NCBI RefSeq assembly: GCF_006345805.1
Contig: NC_043002.1
Location: 38,006,001 to 38,070,000, forward strand
Direction: 5' to 3'
Source: Octopus sinensis
Taxonomy: Eukaryota
Length of the DNA: 64,000 bases
Shown here piece by piece: positions 41,909 through 56,029 of this stretch. Each line of letters opens with the position of its first letter. Position 1 is the stretch's first letter. The position numbers and the translations under genes were made by a program. The notes beneath the pieces are model-generated. The model saw only the letters and a list, made by a program, of their open reading frames with translations. It ran no database searches and was not told where the DNA came from.

Positions 41909-43840
41909 TTGTTACCAATATTAATTTCAAATTTTGGTACAAGGACTTCAGTTTCGGGGGAGGGAGTAAGTTGCTTACGACGAACACATTTTTCAACTGG
42001 TACCCATTTTATTGATCCGAAAGTGATCAAAGGTAAAACCAACCTCGGTGGAATTTGAACTCGGAACGTAAAGACGGAAGAAATGCCACTAAGCATTTTT
42101 CTCTGAGTTCCAACGAATCTACCAGCTCACTGCCTTAATTATTGATATCAATATTATTTCCATTATTACATTGGACTGAAAGGCGATGAGCTAGCAAAAA
42201 GGTTAGCATTTTGGGCAAGGTGCATAGCAGCATTTTGTCTTCACTTTCTGAGTTCAAATCCCGTTGGGGTTAACTTTCATGCTTTCATGCTTTCGGGAGT
42301 CGATAAAATAAGTACCAGTGAAGCACTGGGTTCGATATAATCGACTGGTCCCCTCTCCCAAAATTTCAGGCCTTCTGTCATTAGTAGAAAGGATAGGGCG
42401 TAAGGCGGGGAGCTGGCAGAAACGTTAGCCTGTCGAACAAAATGCTTAGCGGCATTTTGGTCGTCTTCGCGTTCTGTGTTCAAATCCCACCGTTGTCGAC
42501 TTTGAATTTCATGCTTTCGGAGTCGATAAAATAAGTACCAGTCCGATCAATTAAACTCTCCCCCAAAATTTCGGACTTGTACCTACAGCAGAAGGTATTA
42601 TTACAGGGAACGTAAAAGCGGCGAGCTGGCAGAATCGCTACCGGGCTGGAAACAATGCTATGCAACATTTCTCCCAACATCACGCTCTGAGTTCAAATGC
42701 CGTTGAGGTCGACTTTGTCTTTCAGCCTTTCGGGATCGATAAAAGCAGTATCATTTGAGCAATGGGATCAATGTAATCGACTTATCCCTTCTCTCAAAAA
42801 TATCAGGCCTTGTGCCTAGAGTAAACACAATTATGATTTTTATTAAGGCGACGAGCTGGCAGAATCGTTAGCACGCCGGACAAAATGTTTAGCGGCATTT
42901 CATCCATTTTACGTAATAAGTTCAAGTTCTGGCGAGGTCGACTTTGCTTCTCTTTACTTTGGAGTGGATAAAATAAATGCCAGTGATTCCTTGGTATCAA
43001 TGTAATTAATTGGTTTAGTGTCGCTCCAAAATTTGAGGCCTTATCCCGAAAGTAAGAAGAGTTATTATATAGAATGTTGAGTTGGAAGAAACGTAAGCAC
43101 GCGGAACAAAATGCATAATGATATTTCTTCCAGCTTTACTTTATGAGTTCAAATTCTGCCAAGGTAGTGTTTGTCTTTCGTCTTTTAAGAGTCGATAAAA
43201 TAAGTACCAGTTGAGCAGTGTGGTCGATATAATCGACTAACACTCTACCCTAAACTCCTGGCCTTGTGCACAAATTTGAAAGGAATATTATTATACCATC
43301 GGAAAAATTGCTTTGCATTATTGCTTCGGGCATTTTACATTCTGAGTTCAAATCCTGCCGAAGTCTACTTCGCTTCTCCTCCATCGGAGTAAATAAAGTA
43401 TCAGTCAAGTACTGGAATTGATGGTATCGACGAATTCACTTCCCACAAAAATTGCTGTCCTGTTACCTAAATTGATCTCAAATTTTTGGAACAAGACCAC
43501 AAAATTAAGGTGAGCAGTAAATCAGTTGCATCGATCTCAACTGGTACTTATTTTATCAACATTGTAAAGAAGGGTGAAATGTCTTTAAGAATTTTGTCCT
43601 GTTTACTAATGATTCTGCCAGTTCGCCGTCTCTCTGGCCATAACGAATAATGATATCTGATATGATCTCAAATTAAATGGGAGCAGTTAGACAATTAAAT
43701 CAATAATCGCTGCTTTATTTTGGCGTTCACGGAATGATGAAAGCTAAGTTGACAGCAGCAAGATTTGAACTCAGAATTTAAAGAGCCAAACAAATACTGA
43801 AAGATATTTGACCTTCCAACGCTTCCTCCTCTCCACTGTC
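41909..43840. repeat. Array of about nine diverged family A SINEs (1 minus, 6 plus, 2 minus)
   Basis: Heads near 42178, 42401, 42615, 42844, ~43070 and ~43295; recurring GAGTTCAAAT and GATAAAATAAGTACCAGT. Confidence 0.85.
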
Positions 43841-44467
43841 ATTTACAACATATGACTAAAACGATTTAAGAAAATTAATTTTTCTTCCATTATCTACGAT
43901 GACATCTGACCAATAGAAATTAAGTAACGAATAAAAATGAAACGTATTAAAGTTAATATTGTCAAATATTCCTTTGATAACAGTTTGAAATATTTTAACT
44001 ATATGATTTGAATGTTCTGATATGTAATTAAAACTAACTAACTTGACTTAATGATTCTGTGATTAGAAATATATCGTCGCTTGAAAATGGAAAATTAAAC
44101 TTTTCGCCTTAGGTTGCGTCTAGCTTTCTTGATTTTCATACATATTCATTAAGAAACAAAAAGCAAAATTGTTTTTTTTTCTTTCATTTTTTTTATGCGG
44201 CTGCTTGAAAAATTTGCAAACCTCGTTATGCGGTAATGACAGACCCTTAGTCACAATAATGAAAGAATACTCTTGTCTGCCATTTTAAAATATGTGAGAT
44301 ATCATCATGATGATATATGGTTAAATATTTCGCTTTTAAAATTTATCAGCTATAAAGAAATATAAAGCTTGTAATGACAAAATATAGCTGTCGCAAACAA
44401 GTAGCAAGTGATTAGAAGACAGCTGTACAAAATGGAAAAAACAATCAGGTGTAACGACATAAAATGC

Positions 44468-46285
44468 TATTATTCAATTTTATTTCTAGATTTATGGCCA
44501 ATAAAGAGCCGGTTTCTAACATAGGTCCAGGGTTCCTTCACCGAAAATTTTAAACAACATCAGCAAAATATTTGTGTATATTTGTGTATCTGTACAATTT
44601 ATAAAGTAATGCATCGCAAATTTTCCTGTTATATGCTCATATCTAGACATGCGCATATGCTCTTAAATGCTGAACATTTCGGAAGTTTTTTTATATTTTG
44701 ATAGTTCTATTGATGGCTTGCATCGGCAGCCTTCTAATTAGCTTTCTCCATATTCTCAATAGTTCAGCATATGTATTTTCTTTTTCGATGAACTTCATAT
44801 TGTCATACGCTGGGCAACTGATTATGACTACTGTAAATGATTTCTTTTCTCTGTTACAAATCACTATGTCTGGACTTCTATGTGTGCCTTTTATTGGGAT
44901 TTTTACTGGGATATTCCACCAGTAGTCATATTATGAGTGCTTATGATCTCAAACACATTATGCTTGTTATACCTTCGGCCCCAAGATTGTCCCTCCCACA
45001 GATTTCATTCTGCATTGTGTCACTGGTAAATAATAACCTGATACACTTTTCGACAACTACTTACTACCTGGTCGATATCTTTGAGGTTAACTCCCAAATT
45101 CAGCATCACTTGTCATACTTTGGTGTCTTCCTTGAGTTTCTATTCCTTTTGTGCATCAGGAATTTGGTGGCTATTTCTGGTTCATCGATTTCACATGCAT
45201 ACTTTTGAAAGTAAGTTTTGTGATCCGGTTGTTGGCTCACAATAGACGGCTTTGATTAGCAATGTTGCTGTCATCTTAGAGTTTTCTGGTAGCATATCCA
45301 TGCACGGTCTTCTGCTGATTTGCACTCATCCTTTCATCTGATGATATTTTGCAGTAGAGTTGTACAACTTCTTTAGGAATATCTTCAAGGTTAATTGACA
45401 GATATTGTTTCTCGAGAAGCTACTTTCCAATTCTTAAGATGTTATATGCCTCGCGGATTCAGATTTAATCAAGGAAGCAATCTGAATCTTAGTGGTTAAA
45501 AGCTGTTGCAAGAAGGGATGTAGTGTAGCATTCAAAAGCAGTCTGGATCTATGTTAAGCGTCTGTGTCCTTGTTTCCGTTGACGTGGAAATTATTTGTGC
45601 TGGTAAGTATATTTCGGGTTTTCATCGTAATGACTCTGATCTCATGAAACATCCAATCAAGTGGCAGTAATAATACAGGTATATAATGGGTCACTTCTTT
45701 ATTGTATGCAGAGTTCCGAGGTTCATATTTTTCTTATCCTGCTGTTATATTCTGCAGTGACTAATTCCTTGCTTGTTATCAGTACCATCGTAAGATATGT
45801 TTTCGTCTATCACTTGGTGTCTGTAAAATTCTTCATTAGGTGAAAGAGAAACAGTTAAGTTACTGATGAAGATGCTGCTAGTCAGATTTACAATTTTACC
45901 CCGTTTCACAACCATATAGGAAAATTTATTCCGACCAAACTCAATTCCTATATCCTTTGAGAATTTTGTAATAGGTCGACTTTCTTTTTTTTTTTCATGT
46001 CATACATATTCCTGGCATAAAGATTCAAGTCATCCACAAAGAAACGTTTTCAGCAATTTTCGTATTTCTGCCTCCCTGCGAACCTAAGAAATAACCATCA
46101 GTTTTTCTCACCATAAATAGCAATGAGTTTTCTGAAATTGTGAACAGCATTATAGAGAGGCTGATTCTTTGGAATATTCCTCAAAAGTACTGTATTTTAT
46201 CAGCGGTAATACAATCACCTCTTGTGTTGTGGCCCACGATGAAATCAGATCTGCTATGGCTTTCATAATCCTCTCTGGAACTTTA
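44468..46285 (-). mobile_element. Highly degenerate R4/Dong-like LINE (RT to endonuclease)
   Basis: FFVDDLNLY (RT YxDD-type motif), KDIGIEFGRNK, YWWNIPV..HRSPDIVI; the 3' end resembles the fragment at 38355-38450. Confidence 0.8.
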
Positions 46286-46311
46286 GCAGGTCGAACATGC
46301 ATGTATGCATG

Positions 46312-46376
<65 letters not shown>

Positions 46377-46377
46377 T

Positions 46378-46750
46378 CTTTACTCTTTTACTCTTTTACT
46401 TGTTTCAGTCATTTGACTGCGGCCATGCTGGAGCACCACCTTTTTAGTACTTATTCTATCGGTCTCTTTTTGCCGAACCGCTAGGTGACGGGGACCTAAG
46501 CACACCAGCATCGGTTGTCAAGCAATGCTAGGGGGACAAACACAGACACACAAACACACACACATATACATATATATACATATATACGACAGGCTTCTTT
46601 CAGTTTCCGTCTACCAAATCCACTCACAAGGCATTGGTCGGCTTGGGGCTATAGCAGAAGACACTTGCCCAAGATGCCACGCAGTGGGACTGAACCCGCA
46701 ACCGTGTGGTTGGTTAGCAAGCTACTTACCACACAGCCACTCCTGCGCCT
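46378..46750 (-). mobile_element. tRNA-derived SINE family B with internal (CA)/(TA) tract
   Basis: Head AGGCGCAGGAGTGGCTGTGTGGTAAG..GGGTTCAGTCCC; tail GGCCGCAGTCAAATGACTGAAAC + (AGTAAA)n; homologous copies elsewhere in the window. Confidence 0.88.
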
Positions 46751-47102
46751 ATATAGTATTATTTCTAAATCTCTGAGAGAGAGACATACAGTTGCATTTT
46801 TTTAAAGTAAAATTTAATTGCCAGCATATTATTGCTTTCCTTTAAGGGGCTTTGTTACTGTTTATTAACCCCAAGAAACTGCGTTTCTTGTTGGCTATGC
46901 GACACATTATCTGTGACCTTGTGTTTTCAAACTGGGAATTCAGATGAAGTACAATAGCCTTGAAACTATACCACAGGTGTCGCTTTGTGCTGGGGCAGGG
47001 ATGCTGAACTCCAGGTTTGAAAATATAAGGACACAGATCGTATAGCCAACTAGAAAGATGATAGCTATATTATATGGCAATAAAATTTAACTATATATAT
47101 AT

Positions 47103-47134
<32 letters not shown>

Positions 47135-49492
47135 GTTAAAATGACCGAAACCGGTACTGAAAGATTCACTATAAAATCATCTAAGCATTTTCTATTTTTG
47201 ACTTGTTTTTTCATATATATATATATATATATATCTATATATATATATATTATATATATATATATATATATATTGTGTGTGAGTGTGTATACAGAGAGTG
47301 AAATAGATAGATAGATGCATACATACATACATACATCCTCATCCAAGTAAGTTTTATCTAAATAATTCTGATGCGCACTCTATACGATCTTTTTATTCTT
47401 TCGTTTTCTCTATTTTCTCTCTCTTATTCTTTTACCTCCTCTTCTTCCACCATTCTATCCTATTACTCTGTCACTCTCTCACCCTCCCTCGTCCTCCCTT
47501 GCTCACGTGGCTCCCACGTGAACATCAGTCCTTTTTCTTTCTTTCTCTCCGTTGTAGCTGGAAGAAGGAAGACGTGTTCTTGTTTGTCTCCTGACCTGGC
47601 TCGATTTACGCGTTCGCCACCACAACCTCGTTTAAGCTTCGCAGCCCTTCCTTTTTGTTTTCACTGTACTGTTTGTGCCTCCGCAAAATATCCCAAATTT
47701 TATTTAATTTGCTTTGCGGGAGCAACTGTTTTATCGAAAGCGTATATTGTTGTTAAATGCTCGGTTACGAGAGTAGAAAAACAGGCAACAACTGATGAAG
47801 GGCCGTTTTTTATGTTGTTTGTTTTGTTTTCCATTTGTGTATTTCGTTGCTCGAAAGAATAGTTCATGTTCCATGTACTTGTGCTTCGTATTTTTTGTTG
47901 TACACGTTTATTGACGTCCTGTACCCACATATGAATATATATACATATATACGTATAGATGTATGTACATATAAGTATGTATGTATACATATATACATAT
48001 ATGTATATATATATATATATATATATAAATTGATCAAAATAAAATAAAAACATGATGCGAAGGATTCAGCGGTACATATGTTTCGGGCCTTTATTAGACA
48101 GATTTATAACAATGCATAATGTATGTCTGTGGCCTTCTTCAGCCGCGCACAACAGCTTCCACAAGGACATGTGTTACATCAAAAATTCTTGGTTGGGGAT
48201 GCAAATCCTCTCATTCACGTACGACATAATGCGGCAGCAGCATAGAGTTGAAGCGTCCATCTCTTTCTTCTCTCAATGTAGAATGAAGAAAATTGGATGT
48301 TGAGGTAATGTAAATAAATAAATACATATATAGAGGTGAAGATGGAGGGGCGAGAGTTCGGGACGAGGGATAAAAAATGTATAGAAAGTGTAAGTATAGA
48401 ATAATATAAAAATGTAGAGGATAAAGGGTTGTAAGTAGATGTAAAGGGGGTATAAAGAAATATAAAGTAAAAATAGAAATAGAAATAAAAGTAAAAAAAC
48501 CTGATAAAAACATGATAAAAGTGTAAAAGAATGTAAAGATAAGGGATGCATAGAGGTTATGGACCAAGCATGGTGGTCAGGAGATTGATAAAATTTAGTT
48601 GTAGAATTGTCAGTACATCAACAGTTTCGTCTGGGGACTTAATGCGTTGTAAATCAGAGCTGATGAGCATTTAATCTGGTTCCTTGAATTAAATGGACTT
48701 CTAGTACATACATATCATCATGGATATATACACCCACATACACGCGTACATATACGCCTCCAAGCCTATAAGCATACACACGCACTCGCGTGTAAACACG
48801 TACATAAACACACACGCACCCATACGCACGCGCGTACACACACATACATACAACAGAATATCCGCATATATACACGGACATTACGCGCGTACACGCTCAC
48901 ATGTATATACGCGCGCCCATTACTACATACACACACGTATATGCCCACGCCTCTAGGTCCAGGTATAAGATATTAAAGGATGTGTATAAGAACGTATGTA
49001 AAGAATCCCGTACTCATGTCAATACGCGCACGCACACACGGCTGTGTGTCCGTATGTGCGTGCACATATACACTCATATACACACACAGAGACACACGCG
49101 CACATGGGTATAGCTATAAGATATCGAAGTATGCATGTACATATATGCGCGTGCATATGTATGTATGCGTATACACACGTACGCGGACGCTCGTATATTC
49201 AAAAGGTGGATCCATAGGTAAGTAAATAAACATATATAGAGGTGTAAAGCGATAAGTTAGGGGTAAGAATGAGGGTAAGGGTAAAGATTAGAAATAAAAA
49301 ATACAGTATAAAATAAGAAATACAATGTAATAGTTAGAAATGAAGTATAAGAATTATAAAAATTATAAGAGTTAAGGTAAGGGATGAAAATGAAAATGAG
49401 AATAAATGGAAGTAGAATAAAAGTAAAAATAAAATTAAAAATAAAAATAAAAATAAATGGAAGTAGGATAAAAGTAAAAATAAAAGTAAAAG

Positions 49493-49534
<42 letters not shown>

Positions 49535-49540
<6 letters not shown>

Positions 49541-49830
49541 CATACACATGTACATGTATATATTGCTGATGTCATAATCTATAAACTGCAGGAGAACGTT
49601 AAATCATTCGTTTATCTCCAAGCGCATTATGCTGTAATGGTAGCTTGTAAATAATGGATTGGAAGACCATTTGGAATATATACAGATAGATTGGTAAATA
49701 TGGATATAGACAGACAGACTGACAAAAGACGCACTGACAAACAGACAGACGGACAGACAGACAGATAGATAGATAGATAGATAAACAGATAGATAGATAG
49801 ATAGATATAGATAGATAGATAGATAGATAG

Positions 49831-49896
<66 letters not shown>

Positions 49897-49982
49897 ATAG
49901 ATCGATAGATAGATAGATAGATAACTAAATAGATAGATGATAGATAGATAGATAGTAGATAGATAGATAGATAGATAGATAT

Positions 49983-50058
<76 letters not shown>

Positions 50059-50190
50059 ACAGATAGATAAAAATAAGTCTTAGTGAACATTATTATTGAT
50101 ATAGTTGATTAAGGATGATTATCTCTTAGAAACTAATACCAATTCCAGAAGGCCTATATATATGTTGCATTTATTTACGACTGGCCTTAT

Positions 50191-50221
<31 letters not shown>

Positions 50222-50496
50222 TATATAGATATATATATATATATAAAATACATACACATGTACATGTATATATTGCTGATGTCATAATCTATAAACTGCA
50301 GGAGAACGTTAAATCATTCGTTTATCTCCAAGCGCATTATGCTGTAATGGTAGCTTGTAAATAATGGATTGGAAGACCATTTGGAATATATACAGATAGA
50401 TTGGTAAATATGGATATAGACAGACAGACTGACAAAAGACGCACTGACAAACAGACAGACGGACAGACAGACAGATAGATAGATAGATAGATAAAC

Positions 50497-50528
<32 letters not shown>

Positions 50529-50530
50529 GA

Positions 50531-50590
<60 letters not shown>

Positions 50591-50633
50591 ATAGATCGAT
50601 AGATAGATAGATAGATAACTAAATAGATAGATG

Positions 50634-50697
<64 letters not shown>

Positions 50698-50698
50698 T

Positions 50699-50754
<56 letters not shown>

Positions 50755-50881
50755 ACAGATAGATAAAAATAAGTCTTAGTGAACATTATTTATTGATATA
50801 GTTGATTAAGGATGATTATCTCTTAGAAACTAATACCAATTCCAGAAGGCCTATATATATGTTGCATTTATTTACGACTGG

Positions 50882-50887
<6 letters not shown>
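49535..50887. repeat. Tandem duplication, two ~650-bp copies, period 710
   Basis: 49535-50190 and 50245-50887 appear identical outside their (GATA)n and (TA)n tracts. Confidence 0.95.
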
Positions 50888-50938
<51 letters not shown>

Positions 50939-51664
50939 CATACATACATACATACATACATACATACAAGCATCTATATATATATATACATATATATATT
51001 TATATAAGCAAGCAAACCAGAGTCATGTTGCAATTTCTCATGCTATTTCCTCGTTAGTTATTTTTGTTTTTCAAAACCTAAGGATAAAGTATCCGTCCAC
51101 CACCACTACCACCACCATTTCCACCACCACCACCATAAAATAATAATGCAAATGCTGATGAAAACCAGCTTTATATATATATTGTGTTTAGAAATATAAT
51201 ATACCTTAATGTTGTTACTTGGAATTGCTGTATGAAATCATAAAATGAATAAGCCCTGACTGATAATCTCCGTACCGCCAGTTCACCTAAGATCTGCCAT
51301 CGAATGTAATAAATTAGACATAGAATCCTACTTAAGTCATTATTGATGTTTTAATTTATTTTCACATTACCGTCTCTACAGAGATATGCCAGTTTTTTTA
51401 TTTCTCTCACTCTGTTTTTTTTAGGAAGTGTAAATATAACAACAGTAAGGGAATATTTTGCAAACTAAGGGTGCTGACACGTTTGTATACTTAACAAATT
51501 TGCATCATAACCATGTGGTTCTGGGTTTGATCTCATTGGGCAGCACTTAGACAAGTGCCTTCTTCTACATTTACGGCTCAAGGGGAACTTTTTGCATGAA
51601 CCACTAAGTAAAGGCACTACGTAAAGCCAACAAATGGGCTTTACCTGTGCTTGTTCATGGGTGG

Positions 51665-51762
51665 TAGTATCGGTGGGATTTGAACTCAGAACACGAGGAC
51701 GGACTAAATGCCGCTAAACATTCTGCCTGGTGCGCTAAAGATTCTATTTGCTCGCCGCCTTC
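51665..51762 (-). mobile_element. Family A SINE head fragment
   Basis: ATTTGAACTCAGAAC...GCTCGCCGCCTT. Confidence 0.65.
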
Positions 51763-52882
51763 GTGGGTGATAATACCAATATATCATTTGTTTAAACACA
51801 ACCTTTATTAATACACTGTCCATGAAACAGCCTATTAAACAACATTCTCTGCAGGAAGTTGCAATACAATTATATTTAGATGTTTTATTTTTATTGTGTT
51901 GTTTTTTTTTTTTGTTGTTATTTTTTGGTTTAAGTAGTGAGTAGTGGTTTTCCAGAGATATTTCGTTCTTCAATCAGAGTATTTCTTATTTCTATCTCGT
52001 AGGAAAAAAAATCCGAAATATTGAAGAAATGTTATCCAAGTTATACAACAACATGGTGCTGTAATTAAGATTTTTACTGTTGCATGTGTCATGAAATCAC
52101 CAAAATAAGGTCACAAAGATGATCTTACGACAATGTTTCCATTACAGTCATCGTGATCACTACATTTAACATATTAACACTTACATCACTATTTATCGTT
52201 CATATGATATCTCTCTGAGTTTATGTTCTATTAGCACACCAATGTAGAGTGCATCTACAGACACACACTCACACACATTTTATAAATCCTCCTCGTTGAG
52301 GAGGATGTATAAAAGCGAAACAAACCCAGTTTCCATGCCATTTTTAATGGTCTGACTATTATTCCACTAAAACAGCGCTTCTTATTTGTATTTTCAATTA
52401 ACTGACACTTGTGAATCATCTCATTTCAAAACGAGCCATCGATATTACCCCACCCTCATCTAGCTTTAAGGTCCACTCTGAGTCAGTCTGTTGGAGCGAG
52501 AGAAGTCATTAAGTCACTGTCAAGATCACATACATTAAACAAACGATCTATTTGTTAGGTGGTTAGATATTTAACCAATTGATTAACTATAAAGAAGAGG
52601 CATTGAAGAAGTGTGTTTGTGCTTTCTCATATTTTACCATTTTATACAGCATATAATCATGACCTACGTGTGTTCCCATTGCAGAAAATAGTGTGTGCAT
52701 GTATATATACATGCATAAATATGTATACATATATATATAACTTACAAAATAAGGACAAAAGAAAAATTCTAATGCCAAATATGCCGAAAAAAGACAAAAT
52801 TGTCAATAACCATTATAATGGTTTTATATATGCTGGCTATTGATAAATTTTTTTTTTCCAAATAACATTTTATCCTACATTA

Positions 52883-52957
<75 letters not shown>

Positions 52958-53133
52958 ACAAAATGTGGGTGAGAGATAAAGATTATTTATTTAAAGGATG
53001 GTCACAATACATGTATTTAAGTGCTACTAATAGTTTCATATGCTGAAATATATCTCAAACATGTTCTTCAGGCACAAACCACACACAGATATACACACAT
53101 ATACAAACACACTCTTACACACACGCGTACACA

Positions 53134-53171
<38 letters not shown>

Positions 53172-53208
53172 TATATGGTTGGCTTATTAGCAATTTAACA
53201 ACCTAAAG

Positions 53209-53431
53209 CAGTGGTTCCAAACGTGGGACACCCGCCTAACCGGTGGGGCCTGGCACAAATGTGGAATCCAAAATTATACAAAATTTCAGTGAGACATGAA
53301 AATGTGAAAATCAACAGTTTTTCTCACAGCAAACATACTATACCTATGCTTTTGTTCTAAGCACCGGTGGGACATGCATTTTTCTCGTAAGTTATAATGG
53401 GGCCTAGGGGAAAATACGTTGGGAAACACGG
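53209..53431. mobile_element. hAT-type MITE
   Basis: CAGTGGTTCCAAAC...GTTGGGAAACACGG termini; 8-bp TSD ACCTAAAG / ACCTAAAT. Confidence 0.8.
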
Positions 53432-56029
53432 ACCTAAATGCAAATTTATAGACGTCACTAAAGTGGCTATCATTCTATGAAATCAGCGTATGAGTTCAAC
53501 GGTTTTCATATAAGCTGACAATGTGAGTCGAGTTTAAGAGCCACCAATGGAAATTAAGATGCTCTGCAGCAAAATTCAAAATCACTAATGATCTGGCTAT
53601 GCCCGCTGGAAAGCTTGTCTTCCCTTTGTCAGTCATTAATATAGTGCTTCTGTGGCTATTGAGTTGTTTTGACTCTTATTTCTAGCAACGCCAGTAATTC
53701 TCTCTGTCACTTTAGTCACGCTTCTCTCTTTCTCTCTCTCTCTTTATATATATATATATATATATATGGCTGATCGTTAGTAAGGAAAGAGACAAAAATT
53801 AGAAAGAAGAAAGCAAAGAACCATTAATCAGGTCACAGAAGTGTGATGAAAGAGCTCTGGCCGATATACGATTTATATAAAAAATAAAATAAAGCTGAAG
53901 CAAATTAACACCAAATATATAGTGCGTAACTTTTTATTGGCTAAACTGACATGACCATCCCTAAATACAACAATATCTGTTTCAATACACGATTTCACAT
54001 CAATAATCTTGCAAAACAAATATATAAACGTATATATATATATAAGATGTTTTCTTTCTTCGTAGTATTTTGTGAATGCAATAATTATATCTCACATTCG
54101 TGAAATGAAATGACATTCGTAAACTGCAAGATTGTCAAAAGATTTTGTCATTCATTCATGACCATTTGTGTCTTATGTTCACGACACACTGAAACCAATG
54201 TCACTTGTTACTTGATAAATTATGTAACGATGAAAACTGAGGGTCGAAATAAAAATATAAAAACTACTTTCAGCCTATGATGAAAATCAATATTATTCAA
54301 AGTTGTCATGCAAATTGATTTTCTAAACTTCGTTATAATCATTATTATAACCGCTAATTATAACGATAAATTCTCTTTATCTTTGTACATTGTGACTCTT
54401 TACTATCTTTCTTTACAATGGCTGTTTCAAAGTACATTGCTTTGTTATATATTAGATTCTATAATCAACTTTCCTACGGAGACAAAGAAACTGTAATTTT
54501 CTATTTGCCTACTTATTTTAACTCAAGAAGAATAATGTTGTAATTGTTCTTATTTCATGCATATCAAATTAAATTCAGACTTATAAACATCAACTATTAA
54601 CTTTATATATACTAATTGAAAGATGTTTCATTTTTTTTTTACTTTCACAGCTGTGTTATTCTTTGAAATTAACCTGCTCGAAGAAAACAGAAAATAAATG
54701 TAACAGCGAAAAAGTGTAATTTTCTTATGTAAAATACGGTATTTCTATATAACGCGCTCATTTACCCACCTTTAACTCTCTCTTACTCACTTTGTCTCTT
54801 TCTTTATCATTCTATTTTCCTCTCTCTCTCTCTCGCACCCTCTCTGTATACGTATTCGAATTATGCAACAGAAGCAGCTCTATAGTGGAAAACTTAAATA
54901 TAGCATACTCAGTATACTGTCGTTATACTATCAATATAACACGATGTATCTGCGTTGTTGAAAACACAGAGTTTGAGGTCGTCGTCCAGGAAAAATTCCT
55001 TTATACAGCTATTAGATTAACATATGAAACATACTTCAGAGCTAGTTGAACTATCCGCAAAACTGACTGCGGGAGCGAGAGATACGTAATTTGCCACGGT
55101 TGCGCCTTCGTGTGATTTCTGAAGCGAATTTGAATCAGCTAATCCGAATTATATAGAGATATTACATAAATTATACGTCAGCTTGCAAAAACATCGCGTA
55201 AGCAGAATAAATATGAAATACGCAATACAAGCAACTCTGAAGTAAACACTTTATTACTACACAAGACTTAATGTATGAGGGTAGTTGAAAAGCTAGAAAC
55301 TGCGGTACTTATCCGCTCATCCGGGGAAAATACTTTTATTGACGTCTTCTGCTAAGATCTGAAGTATATTTTGCCTTTTGACCTAATGTGACTATGTATA
55401 CACATTCAAACGTTCACGTTCAAACGGCACCAACTTCCCTAAAAAAATGAATGAAAAAGCTGTTTCCAAATGTTAATTATATAAACCCCCAAAGAATTCC
55501 TCTCAACACATGGCTATGGATCGCCATTTCAACTGTTTATAGATTGGCGCCCTATCACTCACTCACTATCAGTGGATCATTTCAATGCAATGGACTGCCT
55601 GAAAAAGGAAGATTCGTCGAACTAAGCACGTCGCTCCCTCATAACATGAAAAATAATTTAACTAACTTCTACTTACCGACCAACTCCTGACACGTCGTAT
55701 CTTAACATTTCGGATGACTAATAACATTCCGCATCCGTAGACAGTGAAAACTCATTCTTTATGTTTCGTACATTTCAATCCAATATTCATTTAGAAAAGG
55801 AGATTTAGAAATCCGAGCGGTTATCACAGTCAGTATGCCTGTGAAGACTGGGTAACAGAGTGCGTAGAAATGGGCATTTTTCCGTAAAGGAAATCATTCC
55901 AGAGAAGCTGAAATATCTGGTATGATTTGTTAGTCACGGAGTGTAATAAACTCAGTCCAAAAATGGAAGTGTAGGCATTTTACTTTTTCCTGCATTATAA
56001 TTGTTTCAACAACGCATATAATATTCGCT

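Noticed and set aside
48068-48101. Minus-strand CTAATAA-AGGCCC-GAAA-CATATGTA hammerhead-like remnant
   Set aside because: Two non-compensatory core changes (G5A, G8A) and no convincing stem I.
48655-48705. CTGATGAG followed by a CATTTAA/TTAAATG stem
   Set aside because: The GAAA half of the hammerhead core is missing; at best a decayed copy.
52300-53900. Blocks with TAAT, CTTTGT and TGTCA motifs suggesting enhancers (also ATGCAAAT near 15008)
   Set aside because: Such short motifs are expected by chance in AT-rich DNA, and no conservation data are available.
55274-55900. TATGAGGGTAGTTGAAAAG mariner-like TIR start
   Set aside because: No matching second TIR or clear transposase motifs found.
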